The notes: a model not told the origin generated them from the letters alone. Shown: positions 36,495 to 47,270, numbered from the stretch's first letter. The stretch is DNA of 64,000 bases from Candidatus Magasanikiibacteriota bacterium (GCA_035389585.1 DAOOSC010000001.1:6290-70289), one strand, 5' to 3'. Numbers and translations are program-made.

Positions 36495-37304
36495 ATGTCG
36501 GGGAACAAACTAAAAACTTATTTAGGCGTTTCGGGCGTCGTTGGTTTGGTAATTGTCCTGCATTTTGTAGGGGCTTTGAAATTTATTGAGAACTCTCTGC
36601 GTGGATTGGTTGCGCCAGTGTCACAAGAATTATACGGGATCAGTGTCAAAACAGGAGGAGAGGACGAAGTGTTCAAATCGATTGAAGATCTAAGATCGGC
36701 GTATATTGAAGTGGTGGCGGAAAAAAGTCGATTGCTTGTCGAGGTGGCCGAATTAGATCAATTGCGAGTAGAAAATAACATGTTGCGTCAGTCCTTAGGA
36801 TTTTTTACCTCAACGACTTTTCAGAGTGTCGGGGCAAATGTAATTGGGAAAAATCTGGATCCGGTCGGTTCGACTGTAGTTATTAATCGTGGTAATAATG
36901 ACGGGGTTGTTGTCGGTAATCCGGTCGTGACGGAAAATGGTGTTTTCATCGGTAAGATCGCTCGTGTCGAGGATCGACAGGCGGTCGTGCGTCTCGTGAA
37001 TGATAATCAAAGCCGTGTGGCCGCGACCGTTGTGAGTCGAGATAGAAGCATTGGGATTGTCGAGGGTGGTTATGGTATTAGTATCCGATTGAATTTTATT
37101 CCACAGAATGAGATCATTTCAGTGGGTGATGTTGTCGTGACATCTGGTCTCGAGGCGGGGATACCACGTGGTCTCGCAATCGGACGTGTTGAGGCGGTAG
37201 AAAAAGAATCTTATCAACCGTTCCAACAAGCCGTGCTTACCCCTCTCGTCAGTTTGGACAAATTATCTCTGGTGTCAGTCATCAATAAAATTGAGTATCG
37301 TTAA
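36495..37304 (+). CDS. mreC: Rod shape-determining protein MreC
   Basis: TM, coiled coil (ENNMLR), INRG..DG, VTSGL...P.GL.IG. Confidence 0.93.
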   Translation: MSGNKLKTYLGVSGVVGLVIVLHFVGALKFIENSLRGLVAPVSQELYGISVKTGGEDEVFKSIEDLRSAYIEVVAEKSRLLVEVAELDQLRVENNMLRQSLGFFTSTTFQSVGANVIGKNLDPVGSTVVINRGNNDGVVVGNPVVTENGVFIGKIARVEDRQAVVRLVNDNQSRVAATVVSRDRSIGIVEGGYGISIRLNFIPQNEIISVGDVVVTSGLEAGIPRGLAIGRVEAVEKESYQPFQQAVLTPLVSLDKLSLVSVINKIEYR

Positions 37305-37314
37305 TTTGGAGCCT

Positions 37315-37851
37315 ATGCGTGAAATATTCAAGCTGTTTGCGGTGATTTTTGGTTTAATTGTTATGGTGTGTGGACAACTTCTGACGACATATTTGTCGCC
37401 ACGACCTTTTGATAATTTTAATGTGATTTTTTTTATTTTGATTTTGTATTTGATTTTTCGAGAGAGCGGTTTGGTGGTCTATCTCTCTTTGGCAGCACAT
37501 TTCACTGTTGAATTATACACGATCACGCCCTTTGGAATTGTTCTGTATGCAAGTACGATTTCCTTTTTGGTGGGTTATTGGCTCTACCGTTCGGTATTCA
37601 CCAACAAATCTTGGTATTCGGCGATTATTTTGAGTTTTATGATGGTGGGTTTTTTTCGTTTGTTATATCTGGTCATGGTTTGGGTCGGTGGTTATGCTTC
37701 GGTTGGTACCACACAACTCATGCTGGGTTCTTTTGCGTATGAGGCAATATTCACTTCATGTGCGGTCGGTCTCGTTGTATTTGTGAGCAGTCGGTTGTCA
37801 TTCCGTCTCAGTCCATCGGTGTTGAATAAACGGTTATTTCGTCCGAAATAG
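37315..37851 (+). CDS. mreD: MreD-like membrane protein
   Basis: Polytopic hydrophobic ORF between mreC and mrdA. Confidence 0.7.
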   Translation: MREIFKLFAVIFGLIVMVCGQLLTTYLSPRPFDNFNVIFFILILYLIFRESGLVVYLSLAAHFTVELYTITPFGIVLYASTISFLVGYWLYRSVFTNKSWYSAIILSFMMVGFFRLLYLVMVWVGGYASVGTTQLMLGSFAYEAIFTSCAVGLVVFVSSRLSFRLSPSVLNKRLFRPK

Positions 37852-37852
37852 T

Positions 37853-39856
37853 ATGAGCAGTGATCATAAACAATCAATTTTTGGTATTGATGGTAGTGGT
37901 GGGGTTGGTATTCGGATTAAGAATGTTGCGCATGAAGATTGGGTGACAGAGTCGATGTATTTCGAATCACCAGATACGAGGCAAACATGTATTCAGGGGA
38001 GTTACCATCACATCAATTCGAGTTTCACTGAACGAAAATATAAAATTTTCGGTCTTTTTGTTTTGGTAGTCCTTGGATTAATATTTTTACGAGTGGCTTA
38101 CATACAAATTGGACAAGGAGCTGACTATCGAGCCGCCGCTGAGCATAATCGAGAGCGTTCTTTGCCGATCGTGGCGGAACGAGGTTTAATCTACGATCGG
38201 AACGGGATTGCTCTCACCAAAAATATTCCGAATTTTTCCTTGGCGATTATTCCTCAAGATTTACCAAAGAAAGCGGTGGAGAGAGAAAAAATTGTTTTAC
38301 GTCTCGCGGAGTTGACGATGCGGCCAGAAGGAGAAATTCGTGATTTGCTCGACGAGTATGGTTCGTACAGTTATGAATCGATTACCATTCGAGAAAATTT
38401 GGAATATGATCAAGCTCTCGCGATGATTATCGAAGCGGGTGATTTGCCTGGCATATACATCCAGCGGGGTAGTAAAAGGCTGTATGAGACGGATTTGAAT
38501 AATAGGAATTGGGATGGGGTCGCGAGTACTTCGGTATTTTCGCTTTCGCATATTTTGGGTTATGAAGGAAAGTTGAATCGGGATGAATTGAATAATTTAT
38601 ATGAAAAAGGTTATTTGCCAAATGATCAAATTGGAAAAATGGGTGTGGAGGATAGTTATGAAAAATACCTTCGCGGTGTTTATGGTAAGAAAAGAATTGA
38701 GGTCAATGCGGCGGGCAAAGAACAGTCGATATTGAGTGAAGAGGCGCCAGTGCCCGGTAGTCATATCAAGCTCGCGATCGATGCGCGTTATCAGGCCGAG
38801 CTCGAGAGTTTGCTCTCATCTTATTTGAAGAAGTTTAATAAGACTCGTGGTTCGGCTGTAGTACTCGACCCGAATAATGGACAGGTGCTTGCTCTCGTGA
38901 GTTTGCCAACTTTTGACAATAATGAATTTTCGGGCGGCATTAGTCAAGAAAATTATACAAAATATACTGAAAACAGCGATAAGCCCTTGTTCAATCGGGT
39001 GATTGGAGGAAATTATCCATCTGGCTCGACAATCAAACCCGCAATTGCGGCGGCCGCGTTGAATGAGGGGGTGATCACCGCGAAGACGGCATTTTTGAGT
39101 ACGGGCGGATTACGAATTGGTCAGTGGTTTTTCCCTGATTGGCAGGCGGGTGGACATGGGCTCACCGATGTGCGGCGCTCGCTCGCTTGGTCGGTCAACA
39201 CCTTCTATTATTATATCGGTGGCGGTTATGATAAATTTGTCGGACTCGGGGTGGATCGAATTGTGCAGTATCTCGCGAAGTTTGGTTTCGCGGAGAAGAC
39301 AGGCATAGACCTCGGTGGTGAGACAAATGGATTTCTGCCAAGTCGAGATTGGAAACAGGCGGTTCGAAATGAAAAATGGTATATTGGCGATACCTATAAC
39401 CTATCTATTGGTCAGGGTGACGTACTCGCGACCCCACTCCAGATCGCGCTCATGACTGCTAGTGTTGTGAACGGTGGGACCTTGTATGAACCACATGTGG
39501 TCAAAGCGATTGTCGATCCAGTGACAAAGAGAGAGATGCCGATTGTGAGTGTTGTGCGCCGGGTAGATTTTGTGAATCCGGCATATCTCAACATCGTGAA
39601 ACTCGGGATGCAGGATTGTGTGAAATATGGATCCTGCCGAGCACTCGCGTCTCTACCAGTATCGGCGGGAGGCAAGACAGGGACGGCGCAGTGGAATAGT
39701 AATAAAGCGAATCATGCATGGTTCACGGCTTTTGCGCCAGCCGAGAAGCCGCAAATCGTCCTCGCAGTGATGATCGAGGAAGGCGAGGAAGGAAGTCGAA
39801 CGGCTGTGCCAGTCGCACGTGATTTCCTCGCTTGGTGGGCGCGGGTGAGAAATTAG
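37853..39856 (+). CDS. mrdA: Penicillin-binding protein 2
   Basis: RGLIYDRNG, SxxK (GSTIK), SxN (SVN), KTG (GKTGTAQ). Confidence 0.95.
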   Translation: MSSDHKQSIFGIDGSGGVGIRIKNVAHEDWVTESMYFESPDTRQTCIQGSYHHINSSFTERKYKIFGLFVLVVLGLIFLRVAYIQIGQGADYRAAAEHNRERSLPIVAERGLIYDRNGIALTKNIPNFSLAIIPQDLPKKAVEREKIVLRLAELTMRPEGEIRDLLDEYGSYSYESITIRENLEYDQALAMIIEAGDLPGIYIQRGSKRLYETDLNNRNWDGVASTSVFSLSHILGYEGKLNRDELNNLYEKGYLPNDQIGKMGVEDSYEKYLRGVYGKKRIEVNAAGKEQSILSEEAPVPGSHIKLAIDARYQAELESLLSSYLKKFNKTRGSAVVLDPNNGQVLALVSLPTFDNNEFSGGISQENYTKYTENSDKPLFNRVIGGNYPSGSTIKPAIAAAALNEGVITAKTAFLSTGGLRIGQWFFPDWQAGGHGLTDVRRSLAWSVNTFYYYIGGGYDKFVGLGVDRIVQYLAKFGFAEKTGIDLGGETNGFLPSRDWKQAVRNEKWYIGDTYNLSIGQGDVLATPLQIALMTASVVNGGTLYEPHVVKAIVDPVTKREMPIVSVVRRVDFVNPAYLNIVKLGMQDCVKYGSCRALASLPVSAGGKTGTAQWNSNKANHAWFTAFAPAEKPQIVLAVMIEEGEEGSRTAVPVARDFLAWWARVRN

Positions 39857-39860
39857 TTCA

Positions 39861-39909
39861 ATCAGGTTTGAAGTGTGGACAAATAATTTGACCACACTTT
39901 CACTTTGAT
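39861..39909. terminator. Hairpin after the mre operon (terminator or operator)
   Basis: AAGTGTGG.CAAA/TTTG.CCACACTT inverted repeat. Confidence 0.5.
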
Positions 39910-39976
39910 TTATACTTGGTACATACATATCCGCTGATGCGGTTATATTTTTTTAACGAGTAATAGAAGTAAAAAT

Positions 39977-40447
39977 ATGGAAGATAGAACTCAATATATT
40001 TCTCCGGAAAAAGCCGATGAACTGAAAGCAGAAAAGAAAGATTTGAAAGAAAATAAAATTCCCGGATTGGCCAAAAGAATCGATGAGGCGAGACAAATGG
40101 GGGATCTCTCTGAAAATGCTGAGTATCATGCCGCGCGTGAAGACTTGGCTTGGACACAAAGTCGTGTGAAAGAGATCGATTCAATCCTCGAACGTAGTAC
40201 CGTGCTCGGCGTACGGAAGAGTACAGGTAATGTGACTCTCGGTTCGATCGTCACTGTGAAGGTGCTCGCTACGAAAAAGGAGCGTGAATACACTATTGTC
40301 GGTGCACAGGAGGCGGATCCAGCCGCAGGAAAAATTAGTAATGAATCACCACTTGGTAGTGCTTTTTTCGGTAAATCGAAGGGGGATGTGGTGAGTGTGA
40401 ATTTACCGGCGGGAGTGCAGGAGTATGAGATTGTGAGGGTGAAGTAG
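39977..40447 (+). CDS. greA: Transcription elongation factor GreA
   Basis: GDLSENAEY and IS.ESPLG motifs. Confidence 0.97.
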   Translation: MEDRTQYISPEKADELKAEKKDLKENKIPGLAKRIDEARQMGDLSENAEYHAAREDLAWTQSRVKEIDSILERSTVLGVRKSTGNVTLGSIVTVKVLATKKEREYTIVGAQEADPAAGKISNESPLGSAFFGKSKGDVVSVNLPAGVQEYEIVRVK

Positions 40448-40471
40448 TAAAGTGCTGGATTATTTTTTAAT

Positions 40472-40498
40472 AAAAAAGGAACAGCTTCGTCTGTTCCT
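40472..40498 (-). terminator. Intrinsic terminator of the minus-strand ORFan
   Basis: AGGAACAG/CTGTTCCT stem with a U-tract on the minus strand. Confidence 0.75.
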
Positions 40499-40505
40499 GT
40501 GGGGT

Positions 40506-40838
40506 CTATGGGCGCGTTCCATTTGCCGCCTTTTTTTGTATCTTGGCGTATCGATTGACCGTGAATTCATACATGATGAGGATTTGTCCGATGTGGATCA
40601 TTTGGGCTTCATGGACAGGGATACCTTTTTCATATAATTTTGGTGCGAGAGCCTTTGAGATTTTATTCCTTGATATCGCTCTTTGTCGCTCATCTGGTCG
40701 GTAGCCGTGCCGGACGATGAGACCGTCGATCTGGCAAAGGATCGGCCCTTGTTCAGTCTCACCTTCGTGAATGACGAAAGTGATACTGGGTTTTCCCCCC
40801 TTGTCAGTGGTCTCTTGAATTTGAACGTACATTTCCAT
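40506..40838 (-). CDS. Hypothetical protein (ORFan)
   Basis: GGAGG SD, own promoter and terminator. Confidence 0.7.
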   Translation of the reverse strand: MEMYVQIQETTDKGGKPSITFVIHEGETEQGPILCQIDGLIVRHGYRPDERQRAISRNKISKALAPKLYEKGIPVHEAQMIHIGQILIMYEFTVNRYAKIQKKAANGTRP

Positions 40839-40866
40839 TTGAAAACCTCCGAATTTAGTTAATTAC

Positions 40867-40909
40867 AATATAGCGGAAAATTGCACATTTGTCAACGTTG
40901 GCATATACT
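40867..40909. promoter_or_regulatory. Overlapping divergent sigma70 promoters
   Basis: Minus strand TTGACA-17-TATATT (40895-40867); plus strand TTGCAC-17-TATACT (40881-40909). Confidence 0.65.
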
Positions 40910-40937
40910 ATATAAGCTAAAGCTTAATTAAAAAAAT

Positions 40938-41333
40938 ATGGAGACATATAACTGGTACTCGAATCTGATCAAACCGAATTGGGCGCCGCCATCTTGGCTG
41001 TTTGGCCCGGTTTGGACATTTTTGTATATTTTGATAGCTGTTTCTTTCGGAAAAGTATTTTTGATGGTTTGGAACAGGCAAATCACCTTCATGGTCGCTC
41101 TACCGTTTATCCTCAATTTGATTTTTAATTTTGTTTTTACGCCGATCCAATTCGGTTTGAAAAATAATTTTCTCGCGGCGGCCGATATTTTACTTGTTTT
41201 CGGAACACTCATTTGGGCGATGGTGAGTATTTATCCGCACGCGCGTTGGATCGTTTATATCCAAATTCCATATTTACTTTGGGTGTCTTTTGCGACAGTT
41301 TTGCAACTGACGATCACTTTTCTAAATCGATAG
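40938..41333 (+). CDS. tspO: TspO/MBR tryptophan-rich sensory protein
   Basis: WY..L.KP.W.PP.WLFGPVWT.LY and PYLLWVSFA motifs. Confidence 0.93.
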   Translation: METYNWYSNLIKPNWAPPSWLFGPVWTFLYILIAVSFGKVFLMVWNRQITFMVALPFILNLIFNFVFTPIQFGLKNNFLAAADILLVFGTLIWAMVSIYPHARWIVYIQIPYLLWVSFATVLQLTITFLNR

Positions 41334-41431
41334 CACTAGCGTCATTGCATTTTTGTCAATCATTTGATATACTTAAAACACTAATTTCTCGCGTAAAATG
41401 AAGCTTTATTTTACGCAAATTTTGCTGTTTT

Positions 41432-42934
41432 ATGTCAAATATTATCGAGGACAATCTCAACGTAAATGATGAGCGTGAAGTACGGTTGAAAAAATTGACT
41501 GATTTGCAGGCGATGGGAATAAACCCATACCCAGCTCGGGTGGGTCGCGAGTGTATGATCGAGACCGCCTTGAAATCGGCTGTAGGCGAGAAATTGCGTG
41601 TTGCGGGGAGAATTTTCATCAAGAGAGAAATGGGTAAGTTGACTTTTGCACATATGGCCGATAGTACCGGTCGAATTCAGCTTGCTTTCAAACAAGATGA
41701 TCTCGGTGCGGATAATTACAAATTGTTTTGTAAAAAAATTGATGCAGGGGATATTCTCGAAGTAGTAGGTGAGAGGTTCGAAACACATAAAGGCGAAGCG
41801 TCGATCCTTGTGAAAGAATGGCGTCTGCTCTCGAAGAGTTTGTTGCCATTGCCGGACAAATTTCATGGTTTGCAGGATGATGAAATTCGCTATCGCAAAC
41901 GTCATCTGGATTTTCTCGTGAATGAGGAAGCGCGTCAAAAAATGATGATTCGTTCGAAGTTGATTGCGCATTTACGTCATTTTCTCGAGAATCAGGGTTT
42001 TCTCGAGGTTGAGACACCTTATCTCGAAGTGGTTGCTTCCGGGGCGATGGCGGAGACTTTTGATACTCATTTCAATACCTATGATCTCGATGTGCATTTG
42101 CGTATTTGTGCCGGAGAATTATGGCAGAAACGTCTGCTTGTGGGTGGTTTCGAGAAAACATTCGAATTAGGTCGAGTATTTCGTAATGAGGGTGTGGATC
42201 GGCAACATAATCCGGAGTTCACCATGCTCGAGTACTACTGGGCATACGCAGATTTCGAAGATAATATGCGTATGCATGAAGAGATGATTCCGGCGATAGT
42301 ACGAACGACGCTTGGTACGACTACAATTACGATTGATGATCAAGAAATTGATTTTTCCGGGCCTTTCCCACGACATAATTTTCATGATTTGGTTTTAGAG
42401 CATTCCGGTATTGAAATTAATGACTACGAAGATTTTGCTTCTCTGGCGAAAGTCGCTCAATCCAAAAAAATTGATTGTGGTGGTATTACGGAGAGGGGTA
42501 AATTGATTGATGCGATTTTCAAACAAACGGTTCGTCCAAAAATCATTCAGCCGACTTTTGTATTGAACTATCCGGTAGAATTGAAACCTTTGGCAAAAAA
42601 AGCAGATGATCCGCGTTATACGGAAATGTTCCAGTTAATTGTGAATGGTTTTGAATTGTCAAATTCATACACAGAGCTCAATGATCCGATCGATCAGAAA
42701 GAACGTTTCGTCGTGCAATCGCAGAATAAGGTAGAAGGTGACAAAGAAGCAATGAACTACGACGCGGACTATATTGATGCGCTCGAACAAGGTATGCCAC
42801 CAGCGACTGGGACGGGCATCGGTATCGATCGATTCGTCGCTCTGCTCACTGGTTCGCATACTTTGCGTGAAGTGATCGCTTTTCCGATCATGAAACCAAT
42901 TATTGAATCAGAATTGTCCTCTTCGGAGGAATAA
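41432..42934 (+). CDS. lysS: Lysine--tRNA ligase (class II)
   Basis: OB fold, LPDKFHGL, FRNEG...HNPEFT.LE.Y, GMPP..G.GIGIDR. Confidence 0.97.
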   Translation: MSNIIEDNLNVNDEREVRLKKLTDLQAMGINPYPARVGRECMIETALKSAVGEKLRVAGRIFIKREMGKLTFAHMADSTGRIQLAFKQDDLGADNYKLFCKKIDAGDILEVVGERFETHKGEASILVKEWRLLSKSLLPLPDKFHGLQDDEIRYRKRHLDFLVNEEARQKMMIRSKLIAHLRHFLENQGFLEVETPYLEVVASGAMAETFDTHFNTYDLDVHLRICAGELWQKRLLVGGFEKTFELGRVFRNEGVDRQHNPEFTMLEYYWAYADFEDNMRMHEEMIPAIVRTTLGTTTITIDDQEIDFSGPFPRHNFHDLVLEHSGIEINDYEDFASLAKVAQSKKIDCGGITERGKLIDAIFKQTVRPKIIQPTFVLNYPVELKPLAKKADDPRYTEMFQLIVNGFELSNSYTELNDPIDQKERFVVQSQNKVEGDKEAMNYDADYIDALEQGMPPATGTGIGIDRFVALLTGSHTLREVIAFPIMKPIIESELSSSEE

Positions 42935-42938
42935 GAAT

Positions 42939-43361
42939 ATGTCAAAAATAGTGATGGTATTCGGGACTTTCGATATCGTTCATCTCGGACATTTGCACAT
43001 GTTCAATGAGGCGCGAGGTTATGGGGATGAGTGTGTGGCGGTCGTAGCTCGTGACGTGAATGTGGAGAAAATTCGTGGTCAAGCGCCGTATAATGACGAA
43101 AATGCACGAGCAGAATTCCTCCGTTCAATTCGAGCGGTGGATCGGGTGGTGCTAGGTTCAATTGATAATCCGTATGCGGTCGTTGTGGAAGTGAAGCCGG
43201 ATATAATTGCGTTGGGTTATGATCAGAAAATATACGTGGATAAGTTGGCGGAAGCGTTGGTGAATTTCGGATTATCAACAGAGATTGTTCGGTTGAGGCC
43301 ATTTAGTCCAGATAAATATAAAACTACAGTTATAAAAAATTATTGTCAAAAACACATTTAA
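42939..43361 (+). CDS. Cytidylyltransferase-like nucleotidyltransferase (archaeal-type FAD synthase RibL-like)
   Basis: FGTFDIVHLGH, VARD, PDIIALGYDQ. Confidence 0.82.
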   Translation: MSKIVMVFGTFDIVHLGHLHMFNEARGYGDECVAVVARDVNVEKIRGQAPYNDENARAEFLRSIRAVDRVVLGSIDNPYAVVVEVKPDIIALGYDQKIYVDKLAEALVNFGLSTEIVRLRPFSPDKYKTTVIKNYCQKHI

Positions 43362-43365
43362 TAAT

Positions 43366-44610
43366 ATGTTGGACATCAAATATATTCGCGAAAACGTGGC
43401 TGAAGTGAAAAAAAATTGTAGCGCGCGTCGTTTGCAGGTAAATGTGGATCGTTTGCTCGAATTGGACACCGTGCGTCGAGAGAAGATTCAAAAAATTGAT
43501 GAATTGCGCGCGGGGCGCAATCGGGGTTCGAAAGGTAAGCCGACGGATGAAGAAATTGCGGCAATGCGTCAGGTGGGGGATGAAATCAGGCGGCTCGAGG
43601 ATGAATTAGAATTGGTAGAGACTGAATACACAAATATTCTATTACTAATTCCGAATCGTACTCACCCCGAATCTCCGGTTGGTGGCGAAGAAGATTTTCG
43701 AGTGGTTGAGACGCATTTAGATCCGCCGAAATTTGATTTCGAAGCGAAAGATCATGAGACACTTCTGACGAATTTGGGTTTGCTGGATTTCGAGCGCGGA
43801 GCAAAAGTTTCTGGCGCCAAATTTTATTTTGTGAAAGACGATTTGGTGCGTTTGAATATAGCTCTCATCAATTATGGTTTGGATATAATTACCAAGTACG
43901 GTTTCAAAATTTTGGAAACACCCGATCTCGCGAAAAATGAGGTTCTTCTCGGTGCTGGTTTCAATCCGCGTGGTGAAGAAGCAAATATTTATGAGGTAGA
44001 AAAACATAACATGTCTCTCGTTGGGACGGCAGAAATTACCACTCTCGGTTTTCATGCCAATGAGATTTTGGACTTGAGTGATGGACCGATCAAATATGCC
44101 TCACTTTCGCATTGTTTTCGCACCGAAGCTGGCGCTTATGGACGGACAAGCAAAGGGTTGTATCGAGTGCATCAATTTTCCAAATTAGAAATGTTTGTGT
44201 TTTGTAAACCGGAGGAAAGCGAGAAATTACATGCGGAAATTTTGGAAATTGAAAAAGAAATTTTGAATGGTCTCGAAGTGCCTTATCGGATTATCGATAT
44301 TGCGAGTGCGGATCTCGGAGCGCCAGCTTATCGTAAATATGACGGCGAAGCGTGGATGACGATGAAAAATGATTATGGCGAAGTGACTAGTACAAGTAAT
44401 TGCTTGGACTTTCAAGCGCGTCGCCTCAATATCAAATATCGAAATGAAAACAATCAAACGGATTTCGTGCACACCTTGAACGGTACAGGCATTGTCACTA
44501 GTCGTTTTCCGATTATTTTGGCAGAGAATTTCCAACAGGCTGATGGTACGATTGCAATTCCTAAAGTTTTGCAGAAGTATATGGGGAAGAAGTTTATTGG
44601 TCGTGATTAA
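43366..44610 (+). CDS. serS: Serine--tRNA ligase
   Basis: MLDIKYIR, GTAE, CFRTEAG..G....GLYRVHQF.KLE, HTLNGT. Confidence 0.97.
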   Translation: MLDIKYIRENVAEVKKNCSARRLQVNVDRLLELDTVRREKIQKIDELRAGRNRGSKGKPTDEEIAAMRQVGDEIRRLEDELELVETEYTNILLLIPNRTHPESPVGGEEDFRVVETHLDPPKFDFEAKDHETLLTNLGLLDFERGAKVSGAKFYFVKDDLVRLNIALINYGLDIITKYGFKILETPDLAKNEVLLGAGFNPRGEEANIYEVEKHNMSLVGTAEITTLGFHANEILDLSDGPIKYASLSHCFRTEAGAYGRTSKGLYRVHQFSKLEMFVFCKPEESEKLHAEILEIEKEILNGLEVPYRIIDIASADLGAPAYRKYDGEAWMTMKNDYGEVTSTSNCLDFQARRLNIKYRNENNQTDFVHTLNGTGIVTSRFPIILAENFQQADGTIAIPKVLQKYMGKKFIGRD

Positions 44611-44621
44611 AAATCTCCAGT

Positions 44622-46214
44622 ATGTCATATGCGTGGTTGGTGAAAATATTGTGGCTGGCTTCGGCTTTTTTTGACTACGCCGAGTTCACCTATTTGTGGC
44701 AGAAAGGGGATTATGGAGTGCGCAAGATCAGGCAATTTCTCCTCTCACATGAAGGACGGGTTTTTTGGACGCAGTATCATATTTTATGGCGGTCATTTTT
44801 CGGATTAGCCCTATTCGTTTCGCCCCTCAATAACGTTTCGGCTGTTTGGTATATTTTGACGGTAATTTTTGTAGCGGATTTGATATATAATTTGTATCGA
44901 GTCGCAAGTCGGCATTTCGAATGGCCGAGGATTACCCTGAAAAGCTTGGTGACAATTTTCCTCTGTCTTCTGTTCGAGGGCGGCGTTTGTATGTATTTAC
45001 ACGATTGGACATTTCTTTTTTTGTTTATTGCCTTGCGCTTTTTTATTTTGGGGGGAGTTATTACGGCATTGAAATTGCCGACTCGTTTGTTGAAGTCATA
45101 TGTGGTTGGACGGGCGACGCGAAAATTGATGAATTATAAAAATCTCCTTGTGATCGGGGTTGTCGGCAGTTATGGAAAATCCACTGTGAAGGAATTTTTG
45201 CGATCGATTTTGGCGGATAAATTCAAGGTGGTGGCGGTGCCAAGTAAGATCCGCACAGACATCGCTGTCGCACGTTATATTCTCGCCAATGATCTGACGG
45301 ACGCCCAGATTTTGGTGGTTGAAATGTCGGGGGCGCGACCAGGGTATGTGTCGGCATTGGCTCGGATGACTCGACCGCAGATTGGAATTTTGACTGGTGT
45401 GAATGCTCAGCATATTTCGTATTTTGGCAGTTTAGAAAAAATTGTTAAAGATAAATATAATCTTTTTAAATTTGTGCCGGAGAATGGCCTCGCGGTCATT
45501 AATGCGGATAAGAATTTTTGTCCGAAATGTTTGGCAGAGGTACATTGTCCAATTTACACTTATGGCGTAGATGATGAAAACAAACCTCAATTTTTGATTG
45601 ATGACATCAAACACGGAATTGATAGTATTACTTTTCGGGCGATTGTGGATGGTGAGAGAGTTGAATATCGGGCGCCGGTGAGCGGTGAGCATAATGCTTT
45701 GAATATTGCCGCAGGTTGTGCGGTTGGTCGTCATTTGGGGATGACGCAAATAGAAGTTACTGAGGCGATCGGGCGGCTTCATTTACCGGAAGGGGTGCAT
45801 GATAAGTATGTTCTCGGTGATACGATTATTATTGATGATTCGGAAAATTCAAATTATGAAGGTTTCAAGTCGGCTCTGTTTGTTCTAGGTTCATATTCGT
45901 CGGAATATCATAAAATTGTTATTACGCGTGGTATGACAGAGTTGGGTGAACACTCCGAGAAAATACACCATAATATTGGTGAGGAGATTTCTTTCGTGGC
46001 GGATGAATTAGTAGTCACTTCACGGGATTTTTTCGAAGTAATTCGCGATGGAGTAGGGAACCGTTTCAATACGACCACCGCTCTCATCGAAACAGAAAAA
46101 GATTTGTTAAGTTATTTGAAATCTGTTAGTGGTGGTAAGGCGGTAATTTTGATTGAAAATAGTATTTCTTGGAGAATAAAAAACTACTATCGCAACACTT
46201 TTAAGAGGATCTAA
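44622..46214 (+). CDS. murF: MurF-like Mur ligase with N-terminal membrane extension
   Basis: GSYGKST P-loop, G.HN..N, IIDDS.NSN, GM.ELG; about 150-aa hydrophobic N-terminus. Confidence 0.8.
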   Translation: MSYAWLVKILWLASAFFDYAEFTYLWQKGDYGVRKIRQFLLSHEGRVFWTQYHILWRSFFGLALFVSPLNNVSAVWYILTVIFVADLIYNLYRVASRHFEWPRITLKSLVTIFLCLLFEGGVCMYLHDWTFLFLFIALRFFILGGVITALKLPTRLLKSYVVGRATRKLMNYKNLLVIGVVGSYGKSTVKEFLRSILADKFKVVAVPSKIRTDIAVARYILANDLTDAQILVVEMSGARPGYVSALARMTRPQIGILTGVNAQHISYFGSLEKIVKDKYNLFKFVPENGLAVINADKNFCPKCLAEVHCPIYTYGVDDENKPQFLIDDIKHGIDSITFRAIVDGERVEYRAPVSGEHNALNIAAGCAVGRHLGMTQIEVTEAIGRLHLPEGVHDKYVLGDTIIIDDSENSNYEGFKSALFVLGSYSSEYHKIVITRGMTELGEHSEKIHHNIGEEISFVADELVVTSRDFFEVIRDGVGNRFNTTTALIETEKDLLSYLKSVSGGKAVILIENSISWRIKNYYRNTFKRI

Positions 46215-47270
46215 ATGAAATTCAATCGAATTGGTAGAAAAATTAACAACACTGCTCAGTCTATTGTTCGGTCTATGAATCAGGACGGTGGCGTGGTGAA
46301 ACGTGATTATGCTGAACGGGTGAGAAAAAATAATCCAATGTTTGTTTCTCGCCCCCAAAAAAATCTCGGTCTGTATGTCAAACTATTTTTGGCCGTTGGT
46401 TTATTTTTGGCGACGGTTATAATTATGTTGGCGCATCCGTTCTTTCGGATCAAGCAGATCGTCGTATCAGGCACGAATCGGGTGGACAATGCCGAAGTTG
46501 TGAAGACCCTCGAAGGGATATTAGATGGACGTTGTCTGGTTATTTTTTCCAATCGGAATTATTTTTTGACGGACGTGGTCGAGATCAGAGAAATTTTACG
46601 CTCACGTTTTCCGATTGCGGAAATTGTCGTCAAAAAAACTTTTCCAGGTAAGGTGGATGTGGAATTGAAGGAAAAAATTACGCGGATTATTTTTGATAAC
46701 GGGAAAAGATATGCGTTTCTGAATGAATCGGGGCAGGTACTCGAGGTGATCCGGAGTGTGGGGGAGGACGAGTGGAAGGAAGTTCCTGGTGGAGTCGATG
46801 GGCCAGCGGTCTCGTCCACTGTGAGTGCTATTATCTCTACCAGTTCGATACTCCTAAATGAGCATTTTTCGAAATATCACGTGCCAAGTGTTGGTGATAT
46901 CAGAAAACTAGCTGGGGACTATCCAATATTGTACGACGCCAGAACCAATACTGTAAATTTCGTTTCGTCGTCCCCAACGTTGGAGAAGGGGGAAACAGTC
47001 GTGGAGGATTACTTGGTGAAAAGAGTCATCGAGTGGTATGGTGGATTGATAAAAGTAATCGGAGAAAATAAAATTGATTATTTTGTAATTCAAAATGATG
47101 TGGGTTTTGGTGAAGTGCGATTACGAGATGGAAGTTATATCAAATTAAATTTAATTGTGGATCGTCCGAGCGCAATTGAGGCGATTGATTTACTTTTGCA
47201 TGAAAAAATTAAAGGAGGGAAGTTCGAGTATCTAGATGTACGTTATCCAGGACGAGTATATTGGAAATGA
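46215..47270 (+). CDS. FtsQ/DivIB-like POTRA-domain protein
   Basis: Single TM then F.IK.I.V.G, FP..V.V.L.E, and a YLDVR C-terminus. Confidence 0.78.
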   Translation: MKFNRIGRKINNTAQSIVRSMNQDGGVVKRDYAERVRKNNPMFVSRPQKNLGLYVKLFLAVGLFLATVIIMLAHPFFRIKQIVVSGTNRVDNAEVVKTLEGILDGRCLVIFSNRNYFLTDVVEIREILRSRFPIAEIVVKKTFPGKVDVELKEKITRIIFDNGKRYAFLNESGQVLEVIRSVGEDEWKEVPGGVDGPAVSSTVSAIISTSSILLNEHFSKYHVPSVGDIRKLAGDYPILYDARTNTVNFVSSSPTLEKGETVVEDYLVKRVIEWYGGLIKVIGENKIDYFVIQNDVGFGEVRLRDGSYIKLNLIVDRPSAIEAIDLLLHEKIKGGKFEYLDVRYPGRVYWK

